DNA of 64,000 nucleotides. It comes from Orbicella franksi. Lineage: Eukaryota. The stretch spans positions 5,766,001 to 5,830,000 of the forward strand of contig OZ116698.1 of the NCBI GenBank assembly GCA_964199315.1, given 5' to 3'. Positions 38,396 through 49,918 of the stretch are shown in pieces (position 1 is the stretch's first letter; every line of letters begins with the position of its first letter). The notes under the pieces were generated by a model. That model searched no databases. It was given only the letters and a program-made list of their open reading frames with translations, and was not told where the DNA came from. Position numbers and translations under genes: made by a program.

Positions 38396-38894
38396 TTTGC
38401 GTGGAATAGGCGCGAAAGCGTAACCTTACCTTTTATTTAATGCTGCACTCCATTGCGTTTATTTGACATTTAGATCTTGTAATGTATACAAAAGTTGTTA
38501 TTTTAACTTGTTTTGTCGCTAATGGCGTGCCTCAGAGGCAAGCCGACGGAACCTTTGAAGTTTGCTCGCCGCAGCACAATCTTGTCGGGCGTTGTGACTT
38601 GTTTGACAAATTCTGTCAATCACTGCGACTTATAAAAACAGACTTGTCGCTAGTGCGGATCAGCCCTAACTTTGTTATGGCAATATTGATACCCGAAGGA
38701 ATTCAATGTGCTAATTATTCCTCCTTGGCAAGCAGACGGGTTAATCTGTTGTTGTTTCCCAGAATAGATTATTTTAATGCGTGGGAATACGTGACTCAAC
38801 AGATTAGGCCGGGCACGTCCGCCTCTCCATATAAACACTGCCATTTGGAATTCTTCTCAGTCTGTGACAAAGCAGTTTCTCCCAGCATCTGTTT

Positions 38895-39440
38895 GTGGAG
38901 TTTGTGTCTGTGGAGATGTCCGCTTTCAATTCTTTGCCCGAATTAGTTTTGTCCAAGAATTGTGCGAAATATCTACTTGCAAGAAACGCCAGTGAGATGG
39001 CACTCTTTAACAAACAGTCTTGGTTGATAGACAAAACGAAATCGAAGGAAGAGAAAGCGTTTGGCAGAGAAAGGGAGCGGCTTTTACAACGCCGTCACTC
39101 AAGAATGCAAGAGATCGGTCAAACACCTCAGCCTCGCGAAAGAGTGAGTGTGGTCCAAATGATTTCAAGAACTGAGGCTTCAGAGAGCGATAAATGGGAG
39201 GTACAGAGTGACACACCATGTTACAAGACACAGCGAAGAAAACAAGGAGTCTCGAAGTCGCCATTGTGGTCATCTGATGAATCTCTGTTGCTCTCAGCGT
39301 CCTCAGCTGATCAAACCAGTACAGTGCGGCAAACGGCCATGTCACATCAGGCTCAAGAAAACAGTCCGAGAAGTTTGCGGTCTTTGAGTTGTGTTCTTCC
39401 ACCCATTTCACTTCATCGGACAAATTCTGCTAGAAAGTAG
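38895..39440 (+). CDS. Basic helical 181-aa protein (family B, copy 1), N-terminally related to family A
   Basis: Intact ORF; paralog at 62705; LSK..A..LL.RNA...EE..F.R..E..LQR is shared with family A. Confidence 0.7.
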   Translation: MEFVSVEMSAFNSLPELVLSKNCAKYLLARNASEMALFNKQSWLIDKTKSKEEKAFGRERERLLQRRHSRMQEIGQTPQPRERVSVVQMISRTEASESDKWEVQSDTPCYKTQRRKQGVSKSPLWSSDESLLLSASSADQTSTVRQTAMSHQAQENSPRSLRSLSCVLPPISLHRTNSARK

Positions 39441-40247
39441 AAAAGAGACTTTTGGATGGGTACAAGCAAAGTTATTTAACGAACCTCGACTGACAGAATT
39501 CATAGCTCCTATTATATTTTAAGTGGAAGACAGAAGATGTAAGATATATAACGAGGCTCGAATCAAGAGTCATATCAAAGATTGCATCGTTATTTTATAG
39601 AGTGTAAATATAGATTACAGAGAGGAATGTCAAAATTAGAACGTGATCGTGATAATTCTACGTGAAATAAAATATCGATTACCAGAAAGTATGTAATATA
39701 CAACGGGTGTTAATTCATTTGTGGACAAACAATGCGTGACTCTTGTTGACCCAAGTTTGTAAAATAATTGACGTCAATCTCGCCGATTTCGTTAAGAACG
39801 CGTGGGTTTGTAAACATTGATATTTAATTCAAGCTGGATAGAGTTCAAAATTATTTATTGCCGCAAACCGGTACTCAAATGAGCGAATGGTTGTATAAAA
39901 TACTTAAAAATCTTATGTGGAAACATTAAAATACTCGATCACGCGAAATTCTGCCTCAGAGTCAAATGTTCTTTTCTATTCACAAGATTAAAACTTATAC
40001 AGTGGTAATCTGCATTCCCAAAATTCCTAAATTGCTTTGCAATGGATGCAAATGTGTAAACAAAATACACTAGATGATTGTTTGAATGATCATCAGACCA
40101 AGAATACCCGCCCATCGACCCCGTAGGCTGCATATATATTATTACTGACCTGCGGTAGGAGTACCGGACGATGAAATATTTTGCGAACTTTCTACGACAT
40201 TCCCGAATGCCTCGGCGACTCATCGTATCGACTCGTCGTATCGTTAA

Positions 40248-40547
40248 CTATAGTTTGCTTGGGTTGGGCTTTAGTTCAATGACGTTGGACTTAACAGTAG
40301 TTAGCGCCTGTTCCCTCGTCTGCATGTATCTCTTATACCGTGCAATCTTCCCTTTGATTTGGAAATCCAGTGCGTTTTCCCGCGAGTGTATGTATTTTTC
40401 GTACTCTGCAATCTTCTCGCTGAGTTGAATAGCGGTGACGCATTGAAGGTCATTGTCCTGTTCCAGCCATCTTCTTTCTGAATTCATGCCATCAATTTTC
40501 TGTGTTTGGATCTTAGTCGTCATTTCTAGGTCGGGGTATGACGCCAT
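40248..40547 (-). CDS. Small coiled-coil-like protein (MASYPDLEM...)
   Basis: ATG-initiated 99-aa ORF with a heptad-like charged helix; no motif recognised. Confidence 0.35.
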   Translation of the reverse strand: MASYPDLEMTTKIQTQKIDGMNSERRWLEQDNDLQCVTAIQLSEKIAEYEKYIHSRENALDFQIKGKIARYKRYMQTREQALTTVKSNVIELKPNPSKL

Positions 40548-42800
40548 TCTGAAAATAATTTGGTCAACTAACATGTAGCTTTTACCGTAGAAGTGTATGA
40601 AGGTTTAAACATTCTTCTCCTTCAACCTAGTCCTCTAGCTAATTAGTGCCACTACATTGTAACTACAAGGATTGCAACCTTAGCTTTCCCCTGTCATAAA
40701 GTCTGCCATTGTATATTGATAGCTTTAACATTAATTAAAACTGTAAGTTTTGATTAGTCTTTAAAGTAGTTCATGACAGCCATAATTTGGTGATCTGTGC
40801 ATCCAGTGGGTAGAACTAGAGTTTATTTGTAGTTGATTTGGATCATCGAAGCATGGATTTCCTAACTATATTTAGAGTGGATAGAAAAGAGGTCACGCTA
40901 TCGCACTGCTAACCGACAAAAGTTATCAATGTCCTAACTTTGTTTTATGGCACTGATGTAACCACAACCAACATGTAATACAATCTCGTTAATAACCTCG
41001 CTGATACTTTGATTCTCCGTAAAACGATGGAAAAAAACACAACATTCCAAGGCCTAACCTATTTTTGAGTTTCTCAAACACCATTATATTTGAGTTATTC
41101 AAAAAACCTCGTCACTTTGGAATTAAGCAACCATTTCCTATCCTTAAGTGTCACTGTCAGTAAGGACCAGGCAGGGTCCACGGATCGAGGTCGGCCGATT
41201 CCCTCCAAACTTTCAGCATTTTTCCTCTATCAGGTAAGATAACGACTGGTGGTATTTTTAATAAAATAAAATAAATTTCATAGAATTTAGACCACCCCCC
41301 TAGTTTTTGGTGCTATTTTGGCAACGTGAGACGGGAGATTTGGGTAAACTTCCACGAATGATTTTACGCTTTTCGCATTAGCCTTATTCATTTATACGAA
41401 CTGGACATACTTCCTAGCCAATAAACAGCTCATGTCTCCAATATAAACGAATTTGGTTGAAAATAACTTGCTTTGGAGTGGTTCCAAATATCATCACTTA
41501 GAGGCTATCGTAAGTAAGAAGAATTTTGGCAATTTTCAAAGCTGGTCTTCTCTAAAGTGCGGCAGTTTATTTCCAGATCAAAACTACTTTTTATTAGTCT
41601 GGCTTAAATTCTTTACAAACACGCAAACTCTCATTTGGCAAGTTAAAATCCTGTCGCGTGAGCTTTCTCGCGACTTTAACCTAATTTCCTAATTTGCATA
41701 ATTGTAGATTTTCTGGGAAAAATTTCCTCTTGATTTGCGACATGTTGGAGGCGTTTATTGGCTTTTTTACTATGACTAAGAGAAAAATATAACTTTTTCA
41801 GATAAGTGGCTATGCTTCAACCGCGTATTTTGTCATTTGGTGGGTCAAAATCCCCTCCCGTAAGCTTTCTTCAAATTTGACTAATTTGCATGTTGTCGAT
41901 TTTTCCCCGGAAAACTTCGCGTATTTGTTGATATTATATTCAAGCGATGATGACCCTACACCTAATGAAACAAATTTTCTTTAAGTTCTTGTTTTTGAAA
42001 CTATTGTTGTTTCGATCTTGTAGACGTTGACAGTCCACAACGAACATGATATTTCGCGAATCGAATTCTGTCATTTTAATAACCACGGACATGCAAATTA
42101 GTATGCCAGACAGACTCAAGATTGTGTTTTGTAAGTTAGTGAACAGTTTTGGAGACTACCAGAGTTATTTTTTCACCACATGTGATGGAAGGCAAACAAG
42201 TTGCCGAAATGACAGTCAATTCGGTGGAAGAGGAAACGTAATTCGAACATTAAGTAACATGGCTGTGCAAATTAGCGAGTCCAAACTTAATACACTGTTA
42301 CGTAGTAGATTCCTGGCTGGGAAAGTGAAACAACGTTACTAAAGCTGATCAATCCGTGTTTATTGCTGCTGAAATCTTCCTCCTATTTCTTTAAGCACAG
42401 CTTTTTCGTCGATGAAGAAAACCCGGATTGGTTTTATCCATGATAGCATTTAAGCATGGCAACGGACAGCTGGCGTTTAGCAATACGTAAAAATCCTTGC
42501 AGTTTTCGTTTTACTGTGTTTACCAAAGCATTCATTCAGATTTCAGTCTTAAATTTCTTACAATTTACAAGTATTTATAAACCCTGTTGTGTAACGGTCC
42601 CTGCACCTATCTAAAAGGCCCCAGTAGAGAAGATGGGGGTAGAAGCAAAGAGATCCTCCCTAGTAAAACCATGTGACGTTATTTTTGAAAACATGCGCAA
42701 TTCTCAGAAAATTTTTCAATGGCCTCAAAGAAAGTCTTTTTTCTTGACAGTGTTCCACTTGTGGTCAAGTGTAGCTGATTGCAGTCAAGGTTCTTGTTCT

Positions 42801-45800
42801 TTACAAGTTCGCAGATATTGCTAACACCCACGATGATTGGATGGCTTGCATTGGTCTACCCGTATCATCCATCACCAAACTTCTAAGGGTGTTGAGGGCC
42901 ATTTCCGACTCTGCGGCCTCGATGTCTTCCTCAGGGATTTCCTCCGCATCAATACCCCTATGACGCAGCGTCGCTGTCTGACGTGAAAACAGGCTGCTGA
43001 TTTGCTGCGCAGTCCTCCACTCTTCGGGCTTAAACGTGAGCGCTCCGTCTTCATTTCTGAGGGTCTTCATCTCCCTCGCTACCTGCACAGGATCGGCCTT
43101 GTTTCCAGTTCTTGCACCCCCTTCAAATTTCGTCATCAAGAAGGTCTTGATGTTATCAGTCATTCTGATGGGTCGTTTTGTTATCTTCAGAGCCCACCCC
43201 AATGGTCTAGGGTATCCTCTGACAGCGCTGCCACTATCCTGACCTTGCGATGAGGTTGATGGCTCATCCGGAGCAAACGTCACCCCTGTCGTAATTCCCG
43301 CCCATTTCCTCGCGGTCATCCATGGACTCGCAGTCAACCTCAAGACGGTGCTTACCCGTCTGCTTGCCTCTGCTTGGGTCTTGAACGTGAGGACGCATCC
43401 AGTCTCTTGGCAAGAGTAGATCTCGGACTGGTACCTGACGCTCACTTCCCTTGTGTGTAGCTTGACCAAATGGCTTTATCACCCTTAGCCCAGTCTCTCC
43501 TTGTGGTGTAACTCCAAGACCACTATATGGGATGAGGCGTCCAGGGCCGATGTCGTGCGCTTTCCACACACGGATGCCACACTCCTCATACTGGAAATTG
43601 TTCAACACACTAATACCTGGTATCTTGCCATCTTTGTTTCTCTCCCTGGTCGTGTCCACCTCGACGACCGCTGCTCTGCACCATTTAATACCACCATGGG
43701 ATTCTAGTGCTGTTTTCATATCCTCAGCAGTGACGACGTCGTGCCTCTCGTTAACCCAGCGCTTTATGTGTGCCTTCATAGCAGCAGTCTTCCTATCGCA
43801 GATGTCCTTACCAGCCTGTGGCTCTGAGAAATCATATCGCACTGGCCTGACACCGGTTCTCACCCCCACTTCTCTAAGACTTAGCAACAGATGCCCATTG
43901 TGGTAACGTCCAGCGTTATCTGATCGGAGGTAGGCTGTTGTCACAACTGGATACTCCTGTTTGACTTTGTGCAGCAAGTCCTCTGTGATTGAAAGAACGG
44001 CAAAGCTATTTTGGAAGCAGTTGTTGAAAATGTGTACAAAACACTCGACTTCATGCTTGCTCTCCACTGTTGTTCTAGTGATTACCGCGCTGATATGCCA
44101 GCTTCTTCCCCTCTTGCCAAAAAAATCACTCATCTGTTCTCTGTATTACACAGGCAGAAACTTCATTGCCCAGTCCATTATGACAAGACACGAGTTCTCG
44201 GAGGAGGATATGTTGCTTGGCTTCGTCCTGGTTACTTGACCGTAGCAAGTGAGCCTTCCAAGCCTGTATGTTGCGCACACACTCTGTGTACTCAAACCTC
44301 AGCCTACCCCTCACCTCTTCTGTCATGTCCGCTTTGTCTTCCATCTCTGCCACCTCTCTCAGTACTCCTTCCAGACTCTCACAGCGCTCACATTCGTAGC
44401 AGTGTTGGTGATCACATTCGCTCCTAACCTCCCATACACTACTGTCACTTAGTGCGTGGACCGTGCGGTGATCACCGCAATGTTCACCTCGTCCGATACG
44501 TGTCTTGAAATCATTCTTCAAGTACCTTTTTCCATCCTTTAGTAATTTCTGAGTGGCAGTCACGCTGATGCCCTGATCTGCTAAGCCCTTCAACATCAAA
44601 AATACCTGGTCAAATGCCTCTGTACCCTCTGCAGTGGTGTTGTCAAGTCCCTGAAGGGATTTCTGCATAGAGGCCGAACACACCTCAATCATTCGGTAGG
44701 GAGAAAGCTGGCTCGCTGGCTCGAACTCTTGTTCTTTACAATAGTCTAAATATTGTCTGATGATGCTTGAAGGGATGACGGTCCTAATGACCGCTGGTAT
44801 GATAATCTTCTCTCCCGAGTCAAGCTTGAGAGTTTTTGTCCCGAACGCCACGTCCTGGACAAATTCTGGTCTGGAGATATATTCAGTGAAATGATCCACC
44901 TTTTCGTGCTCAATTCTTGTACGGAAACTAGGAATTTCGGGGAGCGATTGGCCTTTTCCGGCTACTGTTGCATGCTGGCGAGCTTGATCAATGCGCCATT
45001 TGGAGAGCCCAGGGATCATCTCTTGAAGCTCAGCTCTTGAAAAGTCGTCTGCAAAGAGGGAGAGGATCTGTCGCTTTGTTTGCCAATGACCTGCTTGCCC
45101 ATAGGCCTTGACTAAAATGTCGACAAGACCAGGGTTGGGATCAAAACGCTTGCGCTTTCCTTGGTTGTCTCTGTTTGGATCCAAATGTACCTCCGTTTGT
45201 AACGCCTTCCAAACCAGGCTTCTTGGCCGGGAGTGATGACAGACAATGAGGTCGCTATAGTCTCTTTAGCTTTGCGGATGTAATATCGCTGCTGGGTGTC
45301 AGAGACGTCGTCCCAGGTCGTGTTCAGGGTGGACATTACAGGGCTGTACCGGCCACCTGATATGCTGTGGACAGCTTCGTTTAATTTCTGCCGTTTGCTG
45401 TTTTGTTCCTCCATCTCGTCAACCCATATACTAATCTCTTCTTCTGGTACCGAGGCTTGGGACGAATGGGACTGCAAAGAGACTGTTTCTGACCCCTCAC
45501 CAGTGCCTGAGACCTCTGCACACACTGTGGCTGGCATTGTGCTCTCCTCACAAACGGTATAAGGATAATTTATAAGGCTATGAGACAATGCAACAGAATC
45601 AAGCAATGCCTTTGTATATTTAAACGAGTCGACTAAAAGCTAAAAGCTCATTCAAATACAAAAACCAATGGCATGGGATTACGTCTGGCTTCCTTCCCTT
45701 GACATATTCCAATAAAAACTAAAATTTATGTACTGCCCATATGAACACGCACAAAGTAAAATACGCACCTTCGAAATAAAGTTTTCGTTTGTATTTACCA

Positions 45801-46279
45801 GTCAAGCCCACCCCGCAATTCTGAGGATTATGGCTGCGGTCTGGCTGCACTCAGTTTGCACTTACCCGAGCCGATGGGAACTGTGGCATGGTGAAATTGA
45901 TAAATTTCTTCTGACAAGGTGGCGTTTACGAGGCGCGGTTTCTTTATAGTTTTCCGCGGTCCTCGATGACTTGGATACGAGCATGTGTTGCTCTTTCTGC
46001 CAGCCTAGTCTGTAGTTAATTTTTTTGTCTCGGGCATATTGTCATTGATATTTTCTCGTTTTCGGTTGCAACAAAGTATCCAGCTCTATTCAGGATCAGG
46101 TCAACCTCATTAACTTTTTCGTCTACGGTGCGCTGTTGCCCTGAGCTCACCCCCAGGCCTAATAGATGTGCGGTTATGTCTAACTTACATGCCAACAGGG
46201 GTACAATATGCGACCCCGTGCCCTCCAAACTACAGGCAGAATCAGGATAACTGAACGAGCAAGTCAAAGTAACATTCAT
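42801..46279 (-). pseudogene. Sola3-type transposase, multiply frameshifted, with a probable intron at about 45560-45865
   Basis: LILNRAG..TICP, RLIP-type IRTVIPS, SLQGLDN, DWAMKFLP..YRE...FFGKRGRSWH, LRSDNAG.YH, SEPQAGKDICDR and GWALK...G.KADP..QQISSLFSR. Confidence 0.85.
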
Positions 46280-46498
46280 ATTGCAAACAGCAACATCAGC
46301 GGAATTGGATCAGTGTAAAGGATCGACTACAGCTGTCTGCAGATGATAAGATAAGGAATGGAAAATTATCCTTCCTGAAGTGTACTTCTACCAAAAATCA
46401 GAACCGCTCCATATTTCAAAGAGTTTCACAAAATGCTCCGGTGAAGTATACTAAGCAAAGCCACTGTACTAATCTGAAAAAGTAATGTGTTGCTCTTA

Positions 46499-47223
46499 GG
46501 GCCTGATTACATGGCGAATTTCAGCCTGGTTAGCCGGGCTGAAATTTCAGCCCGGCTTCTGAAACAAATTCTCATGAAATCAAATTGGCGATTACATGAA
46601 GAAGGATTCGGCCCGGGCTGAAAATCCTAGCCCGGTTTGAAAAACCGGGCTAGGATTTTCAGCCCGGGCAAACGGACTGAAAAGTCTGAAAAAATCCCAT
46701 ATAATCGAAACGGAATTTCAGCCCGGGCTGAAAAGCAGGAAGTAAGATGGGTGCCGCTACGAAGTAGAAGCGATCTCAGTGAAATAAAGGCGATAAAATA
46801 GAGAATCTCTCTAATTTCGAAGCTTAGATGGGATATAAGAACATCGAGACAAGGTTAAACAGCACGAGGCTGTCGGGGAAGCCATGAACTCGGCAAGCTT
46901 GAGGACATATTTTCTTTCTATAAAAGTACGTCTTTCTGGCTGTGAGACAGGTTTCGTTTCAGTTCCATCATCATTGTAGGGTGTTACTATCCCAAAAAGT
47001 TAAAAATTGATCGCGAACAAAAGGTCAAACTACGAGAGGAGCAATGCGCCTATTTTCACGATTCGTGTTCTCGGTGCCATTTTGATTCTCTGGAGACTTT
47101 TCGCACACAATTTCATATTTGGCGCCGAGGCTAATATTTCAGCCCGGGCTGAAATTCGTTATGTAATCGCAACAAAATTTCAACCCCCCTAGCCGGGCTG
47201 AAATTCTCCATGTAATCAAGCCC
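46499..47223. mobile_element. Harbinger-type MITE nested in the Sola3 element
   Basis: TIR GGGC(C/T)TGATTACATGG; TSD TTA at 46496-46498 and 47224-47226; many palindromic TTCAGCCCGGGCTGAA subterminal motifs. Confidence 0.88.
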
Positions 47224-48159
47224 TTAAATACCTGGAATGTGTCACAAATTAGTCAAGCGTGAAATATTCCGGGAAAAATTACAATTATGCAAATTAGGAA
47301 ATTAGGTTAAAGTCGTGGAAAGTTCACGCGACAGGATTTTAACTTGCCAAATGAGAGTTTGCGTATTTTTAAAGACTTTAAGACAGACTAATAAAAAATA
47401 GTTTTGATCTGGAAATAAACTGCCGCACTTTAGAGAAAACCAGCTTTAAAAATTGCCAAAATTCTTCTTACCCACGATAGCCTCTAAGTGATGATATTTG
47501 GAACCACTCCAAAGCAAGTTATTTTTAACCAAATTAGTTTATATTGGAGATGTGAGCTGTTTATAGGCTGGGAAGTATGCACAGTTCGTATAAATGAATA
47601 AGGCTGATGCAAAGTACGTAAAATCGTTCGTGGACGTTTACCTAAATTTCCCGTCTCGCGTGACCAAAATAGCACCAAAAACTAGGGGGGTGGTCTAAAT
47701 TCTATGAAATTTATTTTATTTTACTAAAAATACCACCGGTCGTTATCTTATCTGATAGAGAAAAAATGCTAAGAGTTTGGAGGGAATCGGCCGACCTCGA
47801 TCCGTGGACCCTGCCTGGTCCCTAGTGACAATGACACTTAATTTCACAGGGCTGAAATTTTAGGGTCGCAAAAAGCGTGTGCAGCAGATGGGCTGACCGA
47901 TGTACGTGACAAATATTACAGCTTAATCAGGTGGTTTTGTTTGAATGAAAATTTCAAATGACTGAGTCTACATTATGTTTCATCGAAATTAGGGGCGGTT
48001 ACTTACTCTCATTGGCTATTCGATAGTATTGAACCAAATTTATGGCAAGTTTCTCACTGAGGCAACAGCGCAAATTAGTTTTGCCCAATATTTCAAGTGG
48101 CAACATCTGCACTGAAAGACAGTTTTATAAACATTCCATCGTACTCCCTCGTGACCAAA

Positions 48160-48402
48160 TTATGCTTGTTGAATAAACAACACACCAAGCCCACGCCAGT
48201 GCAAAATTTTCTTTAAATGTCGAGATATAAACGATGATTGCAAAGGTTGAGTGACACCATGATAGCGTTCAGCTGCAATTGTCCGAAGGATCTTTTGAAA
48301 AGACAGGTCAAATAAAGACAAAAAATGTTTGAACTTGCAGGTGGGAAGACCTGCTTTTCCTCCAAACCACAGTTTGCAGTATAAAGCAATAATGGAAAAC
48401 AC
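48160..48402 (-). pseudogene. Class A GPCR fragment (TM2-TM4)
   Basis: WFGGKAGLPTCK...TIAAERYHGVTQP...SRHLKKI; a paralog of the adjacent receptor. Confidence 0.7.
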
Positions 48403-48943
48403 TCATTACCAGCGTTGAAGTAATCCAAACAAAAGCTTGTTTTTTAAATGTTTTATCTCTGGAAGGCAGTAGCAAGGAATGTCGGATGGATATTTAAGAT
48501 ACAGCCGTTCATAAAATTGTCATTCGCTGATTCCATTCTTGTCGTAAACGCGTTTTTGTTATTGAAATACCATTTTTTTTTACCGTCTTTGCAAGTAAGC
48601 GTATGTTACAATTACGTTATATTTTAGACATGCTGTGTTATATTTCTGTTTAATTTTTTTCACTACAGTCAAAAGTTGTTTTATGCTCAAGTATAAGCGC
48701 ATTCTCCTCCACGGAGCTTTTCGAGTTCACATAGATACAAAATATATTTTCAAAGTTAAATTTATTACTCCTTAGCTTAAGACCAAGGATTACATACATT
48801 GTACCGCCTGGGTAGAGTTATGCTTATAAATCAAACTGTCGTTTCCCAATTATAAATAGTTATAGTTCAAGTATTAAATTATTCTTCCTTACTACCACGA
48901 ATCTCTTTACCGCCCTTGATAAACAATTCTCTCCGTGAACGGC

Positions 48944-49918
48944 CTATGTTTGCTGAAGGTCGACGCGTCGGGATCGAAAATGAACAATGTTATGAAATTT
49001 GATTTTTCGTAAGCAATTTCCAAACAAAGTTTTAAATCCATTTCGAAACTTCTGGTTAAAGGTAAGATAAATGTATGGATTGAGTCCACTATAAGCAAAT
49101 GCTATCACAAAAAGAGATAAAAATATAAAATCTGACTTATCTTCTACATAATCAAAATGGTAGAGGCTTTTTCCTGCAAAAAAGGGAAGGAAACACAGCA
49201 CATATAAAACCACAACAGTTATCATCATCCGGGTAACTTTACTGGCTGTTTTCACGACTTCAGCTTGTCTTTGATTCTGATTGGTTCCTTCTCCTGGTAC
49301 CTCACGTGACCAAAGTTTGCGACAAACAATGATGTAAAGAACTGCTGTTATGAAAAGAGGCAGGAAGACATTCAAAGGAACAGTCAAAATATAAAATGTT
49401 ATCTGTTGTTGCAGGAAATGAATTGCACGACAAGAGTAGTCTTGTTTTGTTTTGTGCAAACTTCCTGTAATGAAGACTTCCACGAAACATGCAACGGACC
49501 AACTCCACAATATTATGACTATCTTTTTAAAATGTCGAGATAAAGGCGAGGACCGGAAAGGTCGACTAACGGTTGGGAGAATCCAGACTGAAAAGATGGC
49601 CGGAATAAACAAGTTCGCCAGAAATAACTTGCAAGTGATCAGACCTACAATGCCTCCGAACCAGCGCCCTCCCATAAGATGATATGAAATATGTAGAGAT
49701 TCCATTAATGTTCTGTAGAGATCAGCGCACGCTTGATTCAAAATCAAATAATTGGTAGTGGTCTTCATGGAGTTGTCTGCTCGTATAATTTTAATGATAA
49801 CTGAGTTGCCGAATAGTGACGCGGTCAATAAAACGACGTAGGCAGTAGATATCAGACCTGATATAAGCTGGATATCTGTCGTCCTCGCGGCGCTAGTCTC
49901 ATTCCCTGTAAATAACAA
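48944..49918 (-). CDS. Rhodopsin-like (class A) orphan/neuropeptide-type GPCR lacking the DRY segment
   Basis: GNSVII, NYLILNQACAD, W.FG...CK, LCFLPF and SGLNPYIY motifs. The start is non-ATG after a TTTACAG, so an upstream exon is likely. Confidence 0.85.
   Translation of the reverse strand: MLFTGNETSAARTTDIQLISGLISTAYVVLLTASLFGNSVIIKIIRADNSMKTTTNYLILNQACADLYRTLMESLHISYHLMGGRWFGGIVGLITCKLFLANLFIPAIFSVWILPTVSRPFRSSPLSRHFKKIVIILWSWSVACFVEVFITGSLHKTKQDYSCRAIHFLQQQITFYILTVPLNVFLPLFITAVLYIIVCRKLWSREVPGEGTNQNQRQAEVVKTASKVTRMMITVVVLYVLCFLPFFAGKSLYHFDYVEDKSDFIFLSLFVIAFAYSGLNPYIYLTFNQKFRNGFKTLFGNCLRKIKFHNIVHFRSRRVDLQQT

Larger units (their letters stand above)
28880..40177 (+). repeat. Segmental duplication, copy 1 (partner about 52260-64000); an extra partial unit at about 25440-27400
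   Basis: Colinear homologous blocks, e.g. 31430/56668, 32240/61245, 38690/62470 and 40158-40177/63981-64000. Confidence 0.9.
41148..47837 (-). mobile_element. Full-length Sola3-like DNA transposon with ~570-bp TIRs and TTAA TSD
   Basis: TTAA|GTGTCA.TGTCA.TA.GGACCAGGCAGGGTCCACGG at both ends (TTAA at 41144-41147 and 47838-47841); TIR homology extends to about 41725 and 47265. Confidence 0.85.
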
